This document shows positions 56,828 through 64,000 of a stretch of DNA of 64,000 nt, piece after piece; position 1 is the stretch's first letter, and each line of letters begins with the position of its first letter. Location of the stretch: positions 1-64,000 of IMG/VR virus record IMGVR_UViG_3300022602_000038; one strand, written 5' to 3'. The notes under the pieces are model-generated. The model did no database searches. It saw nothing but the letters and a program-made list of their open reading frames with translations, and was not told the origin of the DNA. The stretch comes from a virus. Made by a program: the position numbers and the translations under genes.

Positions 56828-59800
56828 ATGAGTAACACTTTCGTATATCAAGCAGTTCAAGGACCAATAGGATTTTCTGGTACATCCGGATATTCTGGTT
56901 TCTCAGGTTTTTCTGGTTACTCAGGTATACCTGCAGTTGGTATAACATATTATTATACTAATAGTGCAGCAGATATAGCAGGCTATGATTACATGGCTAG
57001 TCAACCGGACTACGATCCGGAGGTATATTTTACAGCCACTGCACCAGCTAATTCAAGTATAAATCTATTACAGCAAATAACGCGTGTTTTAGATCCAGAT
57101 CAAACTACTATACCAGCAGGTACTTGGCAGTTTAATACGTATTATGTAACAGCAAGTGGTTCGAACCTATACATTGTTTATTACCTTTACGCTTATCATA
57201 CTGATACTACCTCTACATTATTATTTTCAGCTACAGGTGCAACATTAACCAATACAGTTTACCCACCTGCCCAACAAACAACGCGGTATACTATTAGTGC
57301 GCCTATTAACATTAATATTAATGATAGGTTTAAATTAATAGCAGCAGTATATAACCCTTCATTAACAACAAACTATTCTGTTTCAGCTTATTACGAAGGC
57401 ACTCAGCATTATAGTAATATTGCTACTGGTATATACGAAGGTGCTGTTGGTGCTTCTGGTATATCTGGTTACAGTGGTTATAGTGGAACAAGTGGTTACT
57501 CTGGTATAAGCGGTTATTCTGGTATATCAGGTTATAGTGGATACTCTGGTATATCAGGTTACTCCGGGTACAGCGGTATTTCTGGTTACAGTGGTTACAG
57601 TGGTATCTCAGGGTTTTCCGGTATAAGCGGTTATAGTAGTTATAGTGGTTACTCCGGTATAAGCGGTTATTCTGGTTATAGTGGTATTAGTGGGTACTCA
57701 GGCTATAGCGGTATTAGTGGCTACTCAGGTTATTCTGGTATCTCTGGTTATTCTGGCTATTCAGGTATAAGTGGTTATTCAGGCTATAGTGGTATTAGCG
57801 GCTACTCAGGCATTTCTGGTTATAGTGGTTATAGTGGTATTTCTGGCTATAGTGGGTATTCTGGTATAAGTGGCTATAGTGGTATAAGTGGTTATAGCGG
57901 TATTTCAGGTTACTCTAGCTATAGTGGTTATAGTGGTATTAGCGGTTATTCAGGTTATAGCGGCATTTCAGGCTACAGCGGTTATAGCGGTCAATCAGGC
58001 TTTAGTGGTATAAGTGGTTATTCCGGTATTTCAGGCTACAGCGGTTGGTCAGGTATTTCAGGTTACTCTGGTGCATCTGGTTATTCTGGTACGTCTGGTT
58101 ATTCTGGAGTTTCAGGTTATTCAGGCTATAGCGGTATAAGCGGTTTTAGTGGCTACTCTGGTTACTCTGGTCAATCAGGTTTTAGTGGAACCTCAGGCTA
58201 TTCTGGTTATTCCGGACAATCAGGTTTCAGTGGTTACTCAGGTATTTCCGGTTACTCTAGCTTCAGCGGTTATAGTGGTATATCAGGCTATAGTGGTATT
58301 AGTGGTTATAGTGGCTACTCTGGTATTTCAGGTTACAGCGGTATAAGCGGGTATAGTGGCTACTCAGGCTACTCAGGTATCTCCGGTTACAGTGGTATAA
58401 GTGGTTATTCTGGTTACTCCGGTATTTCTGGCTACTCAAGTTACTCCGGCTACTCTGGTATTTCAGGCTATAGCGGCATTAGTGGTTACTCTGGTATTTC
58501 TGGTTATAGCGGTTACAGTGGTTACAGTGGTATGTCTGGTTATAGCGGTTATTCAGGTATAAGTGGTTTTAGCGGTATATCAGGCTTTAGTGGTATCTCT
58601 GGTTACAGTGGTTACTCAGGCATTTCTGGTTACTCAGGCATATCTGGTTACTCTGGTTATAGCGGTACTTCCGGTTATTCTGGCCAATCAGGTTACTCGG
58701 GCTATAGTGGTTGGTCTGGGTTATCAGGCTACTCTGGTACATCTGGTTATAGCGGTTGGTCAGGTATTTCAGGTTACTCTGGTATAAGCGGTTATAGCGG
58801 TATTTCAGGCTACTCAGGTATATCAGGTTATAGCGGTTACTCTGGTCAATCTGGCTTTAGTGGTCAATCAGGATATTCAGGTTATAGTGGTTGGTCCGGT
58901 ATAAGTGGTTATTCTGGTACATCTGGCTATAGCGGTTTTAGTGGTATAAGTGGTTACTCTGGTATTTCCGGTTACTCCGGTATTAGCGGTTACTCAAGCT
59001 ATTCCGGTTATAGTGGTATATCAGGTTATTCTGGTTACTCAGGTATATCTGGTTACTCCGGTGTTAGTGGTTATTCTGGTTATAGTGGCTCTGGAGTTTC
59101 TGGTTATAGTGGTTGGTCGGGGTATTCCGGTACTGCTGCGCCATTACAACAAACTGTTACAGGTTATTCAAATTCCTTTACAGCTGGTCAAGTAATATAC
59201 AGAACTACAGGCGGTGCTTATGCTTTAGCTAAAGCAAATAATCCAGCTACTACAGATGCAATTGGTGTTGTGCAATACGCTGATTCAAATAACTTTACAT
59301 ATATCATTAACGGTTATATAACCGGTTTAACTGGTATAACAGACGGGGCTGAATATTACCTTTCAGATTCAACCGCCGGTTTAATGACCACTACAGTACC
59401 AACTGCAAGTGGTTCTCTTATTAAACCAATACTAATAGGTGTAGGTACAACAGCTGGTATTGTTGTAGAGTACCCACCAGTTATTATTAGCGGTATTAGT
59501 AATGGCACTAGCGGTTATTACGCAAAGTGGGTCGGTACAAACACAATCAATAACGGTTTAATTACCGATAACGGTTCAACTGTAACAATTTTAGGTAATT
59601 TATCAGCTACTGGTACAATATACGGAGTAGCAAGTGGTGGTTCTAATGCAGCTGCACCAGTGCCTTACTTAAGAGGCCGTCAAACAGCACTACAGGGTAT
59701 GTCATTAAGTGCTACAGTTGCATTTAATACTGCTGATGCAAATCTCGGTCAAGGTTATATTTCTCTTAATACTTCAACAGGTGTTATAACACTATCTGCT

Positions 59801-60856
59801 GGTTATACATATAGTTTAAGAGCAGAAGTACCCGCTGTATCAGCAAACCCAAGCGGTGGTAGTGTTTCGTTTGGTTGGGTTAATACAACTACAGGTACAC
59901 AAATTGGTAGTGTAAGTCCTTTATATGGAACTACAAGTAACGCTGCATATCTAGCTTTTGGCGGGGTAGCACAAGCTGTTATTACACCAGTAACAACTAC
60001 TAACGTAGCTTTACAATTATTATCTACTTCTATAAGCACTATTGGTATTAATGGTAATACAGATTTTAGTACTAATACAAACCCTTGGTTTGAAGTAGAA
60101 GTAGTAGGACTTGGCGGTGTTAGTGGGTATTCTGGTATCTCTGGTTATTCCGGCTACTCCGGTTATTCAGGTACGCCTGTTAAAACAGGTCTTTACTGGA
60201 GTAGTTTAGCAAACGGTAACCCTACTACTACGGGTGGTTCTCTCAGTTCTACTGGTGGGAATACAGTCTACAATAGTAGTAACTATGGTGTACAATTAAC
60301 GCCAGCTACAAGCAGTTATGCTGGTTTCGTTGTATGGAATGCTTCTAGTATAAACTATACAACAGATTTTACAGTACAGGCAAATCTTGCAAGTTTTGGT
60401 GGTTCAGGTGCAGACGGTCCATACCTTTTAATTGGTAGTGCATTAAGTGCTATACCAGGAGGTAACCCTACAGGCTCAACATTTACTGGTTTAAGTGCAA
60501 TCGCAACACATGTACATTTTTATAGTGGTGCAGAACAATTTGAATTATGCTGGAATGGTAACACTAACACGTTAAGTATTCCGTTTAACCCAGCGGGTCA
60601 AAATAGTAGTTCTGGTGGTGTAACAGTATATAATTCATCTGTAACAGCAGTTAGTGCAGCTACGTTCTATACATTAAAGTTAGAATTCAGAACAGTAGGT
60701 AGTAGCCGCTATATGGACTTCTATTTAAATAACAACTTACAAGGTAGTTATAATATAACTGGTTTTAATTTTGGTGGTACATATTGCGCTGTTGGTGCTT
60801 GGACGGGTGGATCTAATTCAATTAACTTTTGTAGAAGTTTCCGTATAGACCAGTAA
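56828..60856 (+). CDS. Large (Gly-X-Ser)n fibre protein with C-terminal lectin-like domain
   Basis: About 560 aa triplet tract; QLTP....AG..W, GADG, VGAWTGG resemble a legume-lectin fold. Confidence 0.8.
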   Translation: MSNTFVYQAVQGPIGFSGTSGYSGFSGFSGYSGIPAVGITYYYTNSAADIAGYDYMASQPDYDPEVYFTATAPANSSINLLQQITRVLDPDQTTIPAGTWQFNTYYVTASGSNLYIVYYLYAYHTDTTSTLLFSATGATLTNTVYPPAQQTTRYTISAPINININDRFKLIAAVYNPSLTTNYSVSAYYEGTQHYSNIATGIYEGAVGASGISGYSGYSGTSGYSGISGYSGISGYSGYSGISGYSGYSGISGYSGYSGISGFSGISGYSSYSGYSGISGYSGYSGISGYSGYSGISGYSGYSGISGYSGYSGISGYSGYSGISGYSGISGYSGYSGISGYSGYSGISGYSGISGYSGISGYSSYSGYSGISGYSGYSGISGYSGYSGQSGFSGISGYSGISGYSGWSGISGYSGASGYSGTSGYSGVSGYSGYSGISGFSGYSGYSGQSGFSGTSGYSGYSGQSGFSGYSGISGYSSFSGYSGISGYSGISGYSGYSGISGYSGISGYSGYSGYSGISGYSGISGYSGYSGISGYSSYSGYSGISGYSGISGYSGISGYSGYSGYSGMSGYSGYSGISGFSGISGFSGISGYSGYSGISGYSGISGYSGYSGTSGYSGQSGYSGYSGWSGLSGYSGTSGYSGWSGISGYSGISGYSGISGYSGISGYSGYSGQSGFSGQSGYSGYSGWSGISGYSGTSGYSGFSGISGYSGISGYSGISGYSSYSGYSGISGYSGYSGISGYSGVSGYSGYSGSGVSGYSGWSGYSGTAAPLQQTVTGYSNSFTAGQVIYRTTGGAYALAKANNPATTDAIGVVQYADSNNFTYIINGYITGLTGITDGAEYYLSDSTAGLMTTTVPTASGSLIKPILIGVGTTAGIVVEYPPVIISGISNGTSGYYAKWVGTNTINNGLITDNGSTVTILGNLSATGTIYGVASGGSNAAAPVPYLRGRQTALQGMSLSATVAFNTADANLGQGYISLNTSTGVITLSAGYTYSLRAEVPAVSANPSGGSVSFGWVNTTTGTQIGSVSPLYGTTSNAAYLAFGGVAQAVITPVTTTNVALQLLSTSISTIGINGNTDFSTNTNPWFEVEVVGLGGVSGYSGISGYSGYSGYSGTPVKTGLYWSSLANGNPTTTGGSLSSTGGNTVYNSSNYGVQLTPATSSYAGFVVWNASSINYTTDFTVQANLASFGGSGADGPYLLIGSALSAIPGGNPTGSTFTGLSAIATHVHFYSGAEQFELCWNGNTNTLSIPFNPAGQNSSSGGVTVYNSSVTAVSAATFYTLKLEFRTVGSSRYMDFYLNNNLQGSYNITGFNFGGTYCAVGAWTGGSNSINFCRSFRIDQ

Positions 60857-60865
60857 AAATAATGT

Positions 60866-61558
60866 ATGTTACTACAAAATATTAGTTTAAATAATGTTGT
60901 GTTATATGAAACAACTAATATAACAGATACTATATTTGGGTCGTTAACTGCAACTAGTTCTATTTCAGCGTATAATGCAGCGTCAGTTAATAGTTGGGTT
61001 CAAGTTACAGGTGGAGAATATGCTAAAGTGCAAACTTTAATAGGCACTGTTACATATGGTATGTCTAATACTCAGTTTCTTGGTGCTCAAACTGGTAATT
61101 CATTTAATGCTACATTCTCTGTAGCTATGTCTTCTAATCCTAGTACTGCATTACCAACTGGAACTTATTTAATAGGTTTCGCTACTAGAAGTGGTGTAAC
61201 AAGTACAGCAGTAGTAGCATTCCCGTTAGTAGGACCATCTTATTTATCTGGTACATATACTAGCGTTGGTAGTGCAAGCTACACTACTCCTGGAACGATT
61301 TCTAATACTTATTTTGTAAGAAAAGCACCAACATCTTCTTTATCTGCTCCAAGTTATATTGCTTATGGCAATTACCCTACAAGTGCAAGTTATGCTTATT
61401 TAGCAACTGGTGCAACAACTTGGCCAAACATGGGTGGTTACGCTACTACAAGCTTTAATACAGATCATACTGCTGCATCTGCAATTGCACCTTTTACAAC
61501 CTACAATTCAAACTTACCGTTCTATCAAATGCTCGGTACAACTACAAAGACTTGGTGA
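60866..61558 (+). CDS. Structural hypothetical protein
   Basis: T/S-rich 230 aa ORF in fibre cluster. Confidence 0.65.
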   Translation: MLLQNISLNNVVLYETTNITDTIFGSLTATSSISAYNAASVNSWVQVTGGEYAKVQTLIGTVTYGMSNTQFLGAQTGNSFNATFSVAMSSNPSTALPTGTYLIGFATRSGVTSTAVVAFPLVGPSYLSGTYTSVGSASYTTPGTISNTYFVRKAPTSSLSAPSYIAYGNYPTSASYAYLATGATTWPNMGGYATTSFNTDHTAASAIAPFTTYNSNLPFYQMLGTTTKTW

Positions 61559-61574
61559 TAAAATCAATTTTTAC

Positions 61575-61582
61575 TATAAATA
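61575..61582 (+). promoter_or_regulatory. T4-type late promoter TATAAATA
   Basis: Exact consensus 7 nt before ATG 61590. Confidence 0.7.
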
Positions 61583-61589
61583 ATACGTA

Positions 61590-61937
61590 ATGGCCACTCC
61601 TTTTGCATATACATATAATTCAGTAGGTTTCTCTGGTTATTCCGGTTATAGTGGTTATTCTGGTATTTCCGGTTATATTGGTATATCCGGTTATTCTGGA
61701 ACAAGTGGATATAGCGGCATATCAGGGTATTCAGGTATAAGTGGTTATTCCGGTTTAGGTATATCCGGTTATTCCGGTTATAGTGGTATTTCTGGAGCTG
61801 CTGCAGCATCTGGTTATAGCGGATATTCTGGTAGTGCAGGTTCACCTGGAACACCTGGTTCACCTGGAACATCTGGTTATTCTGGTTTTAGTGGTGATTC
61901 ATCTATAGCACTCGTGTATTCAATAGCATTAGGATAA
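61590..61937 (+). CDS. Short (Gly-X-Ser)n protein ending in SIALG
   Basis: Triplet tract; C-terminal IALVYSIALG. Confidence 0.75.
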   Translation: MATPFAYTYNSVGFSGYSGYSGYSGISGYIGISGYSGTSGYSGISGYSGISGYSGLGISGYSGYSGISGAAAASGYSGYSGSAGSPGTPGSPGTSGYSGFSGDSSIALVYSIALG

Positions 61938-61995
61938 AATAATATAAACAAATACCTCATTATACTATTACAATATCGATAAATAATTAAACAGA

Positions 61996-62337
61996 ATGAC
62001 TTCTAATTTTACAGTACAAACATCAAGAAGTATAGGAACAACTTTAACCGCAATTGGTAGTTATACAGTACCTAGTTCAGCGACAGGTGGAGCAACAGTT
62101 ATAGGTTTATCAATTGCAAATACTACTATTGCTCCTGTTAATGCAAATGTTTCTATAAACGATGGAACAAACGATACATATATAATGAAGAACGTAGACC
62201 TACCAAACGGTTCAACATTAGTTGTAATTGGTGGTGAGCAAAAAGTAGTATTATTATCTGGTTATTCAATAAAAGTACAAAGTAGTAACGCTTCAAGTAT
62301 AGACGCAATAATGTCTGTACTGGAACTTGCTAATTAA
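61996..62337 (+). CDS. Conserved small phage structural protein
   Basis: YTVPS...TVIGLSIAN...P.GSTL...GG.QKVVL...D...SVLE. Confidence 0.7.
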   Translation: MTSNFTVQTSRSIGTTLTAIGSYTVPSSATGGATVIGLSIANTTIAPVNANVSINDGTNDTYIMKNVDLPNGSTLVVIGGEQKVVLLSGYSIKVQSSNASSIDAIMSVLELAN

Positions 62338-62354
62338 AATTTTAACAAAACATC

Positions 62355-64000
62355 ATGGGATATCTAGGCTTAAATCCAAATGCAATTTCAGGTTACTCAG
62401 GCGCTTCTGGTTACTCCAGCTTTTCTGGGTACTCAGGCTATTCTGGTTATTCCAGTTTTTCTGGGTTTAGCGGTATCTCAGGTTTTAGCGGTATAAGCGG
62501 TTTCAGCGGTTCAGGTATATCAGGTTATTCAGGTACAAGTGGTTTCAGCGGCACTAGTGGTTATAGCGGTTATAGCGGCATTTCTGGTTATTCAGGTATT
62601 TCTGGTTATTCTAGTTTTTCTGGTTTTAGTGGTATATCAGGCTTTAGCGGTTACTCAGGTATTTCTGGGTACAGTGGTATAAGTGGTTACTCAGGCTATA
62701 GCGGTATAAGCGGGTATTCAGGTATTTCTGGTTGGTCCGGTATTTCTGGTTATAGTGGTATTTCTGGTTATAGTGGTTTTAGCGGTATATCAGGTTACTC
62801 TGGTTATTCCGGTTTTTCTGGTATAAGCGGTTACTCCGGCCAATCAGGCTTTAGTGGTATTTCAGGTTGGTCTGGTTATTCAGGTATAAGCGGTTACTCA
62901 GGCATTTCTGGATATAGTGGTACATCTGGTTACAGTGGTTGGTCCGGTATTTCTGGCTACTCCGGTATAAGTGGTTATTCTAGCTATTCCGGTTATAGTG
63001 GTATAAGTGGTTATAGTGGTATTAGTGGTTTTAGTGGCTTTAGCGGTATATCTGGTTACTCCGGTATTTCAGGTTATAGTGGTATATCAGGTTACAGTGG
63101 TTATTCTGGCATTTCAGGTTATAGTGGTATATCAGGCTATTCAGGTTATAGTGGTTTATCTGGTTATAGCGGTTACTCTGGTCAATCTGGTTTTAGTGGT
63201 ATATCAGGTTACAGTGGTATTTCCGGTTATTCTGGTATTTCTGGTTACTCAAGTTATTCAGGATACTCCGGTATATCTGGTTATAGTGGTTATTCTGGTA
63301 TAAGCGGCTATTCAGGCTACTCTGGTATTTCAGGTTATAGTGGTATTTCTGGTTATAGCGGTTACTCTGGTCAATCAGGCTTTAGTGGTATTTCTGGTTA
63401 TAGCGGCTACTCTGGTTGGTCTGGTATTTCAGGTTACTCTGGTATTTCAGGTTACTCAGGTATAAGTGGTTACTCAGGCATCTCTGGTTATAGTAGCTAT
63501 TCTGGTATTTCAGGTTACTCTGGTATTTCTGGTTACAGTGGTATAAGCGGTTACTCTGGTATTACAGGTGCATCAATTTATGGTAGAACGTACTATCTAC
63601 AAGAGGTAAATAGTGATCAAAACCCAGCTATATATGAAGTAATGTCATTATTTCCTGGTGGCGGTGGTACAACTATCAATGATGATAATATAATAATTAC
63701 CTCGAGTACAGGCTTAACTGCGTTTGGTTGGTATTTAACACCTATTAATGAACCTAGTGTGGTTGAAATACCAGCTGGTTTATGGGAATTTGATTTTTAT
63801 CGTTATGTAACAGGTGGTACAGCTAATTTCGTAGCTAGTGTATATACGTATTCAATGGCTACAAGCGCAACAAGCGCATTTGTATTAAGTGCTGATTCAG
63901 GCCCTGTTTCTGACACAACCTCAACGTATCAAAAGCTAGGCTATGTTACAAGTACAATTACAAGATTAGCTCAAACAGATCGTATTTTATTACAAATTTC
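62355..64000 (+). CDS. (Gly-X-Ser)n fibre protein, truncated by window edge
   Basis: Not in track; MGYLGLNPNAISGYSG..., about 390 aa tract, then a domain (EPSVVEIPAGLWEF) homologous to the 56828 ORF (DPDQTTIPAGTWQF). Confidence 0.8.
   Translation, partial: MGYLGLNPNAISGYSGASGYSSFSGYSGYSGYSSFSGFSGISGFSGISGFSGSGISGYSGTSGFSGTSGYSGYSGISGYSGISGYSSFSGFSGISGFSGYSGISGYSGISGYSGYSGISGYSGISGWSGISGYSGISGYSGFSGISGYSGYSGFSGISGYSGQSGFSGISGWSGYSGISGYSGISGYSGTSGYSGWSGISGYSGISGYSSYSGYSGISGYSGISGFSGFSGISGYSGISGYSGISGYSGYSGISGYSGISGYSGYSGLSGYSGYSGQSGFSGISGYSGISGYSGISGYSSYSGYSGISGYSGYSGISGYSGYSGISGYSGISGYSGYSGQSGFSGISGYSGYSGWSGISGYSGISGYSGISGYSGISGYSSYSGISGYSGISGYSGISGYSGITGASIYGRTYYLQEVNSDQNPAIYEVMSLFPGGGGTTINDDNIIITSSTGLTAFGWYLTPINEPSVVEIPAGLWEFDFYRYVTGGTANFVASVYTYSMATSATSAFVLSADSGPVSDTTSTYQKLGYVTSTITRLAQTDRILLQI

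Noticed and set aside
52239-63303. Val-rich alternative-frame ORFs in the SGY tracts
   Set aside because: Shadow frames of the triplet repeat
1-64000. Stop-codon reassignment
   Set aside because: Conserved genes such as terL are intact in the standard code, and TAA, TGA and TAG all end plausible genes

Overview
AT-rich segment of a large T4-like (myovirus/jumbo) phage genome in standard genetic code. It probably infects a Gram-negative host, since it encodes lipoproteins, CsgG/CsgF and an autotransporter. Layout: 1-20 kb is an accessory region (curli-like csgF-csgG-curlin operon, cNMP-binding protein, WYL_2 protein, autotransporter, several 2OG-Fe(II) oxygenases, Trp-halogenase-like enzyme, metallopeptidase-VWA plus MoxR-type AAA pair). 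20-36.5 kb is a cluster of late-promoter genes with a shared N-terminal leader and 21 copies of the peptide KKGS(E/K)EAG(I/M/V)(D/E)IDI, which either ends a protein or, followed by EE, joins shuffled modules into polyproteins. 36.5-42.4 kb is an early-promoter island bracketed by four palindromic 28-bp repeats, containing a 466-nt cytosine-free tract, duplicated promoter cassettes and a pseudoknotted GC-rich element. 42.8-47.6 kb holds oxygenases, a glycosyltransferase and three tiny RSDxG basic peptides. 47.6-64 kb holds the terminase large subunit, a gp14-like neck protein and (Gly-X-Ser)n fibre genes. The best candidate for an undescribed system is the tag-linked modular polyprotein array, inferred to be capsid-packaged cargo cut apart by the prohead protease. 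All family calls are motif recognition by eye; no searches were run.
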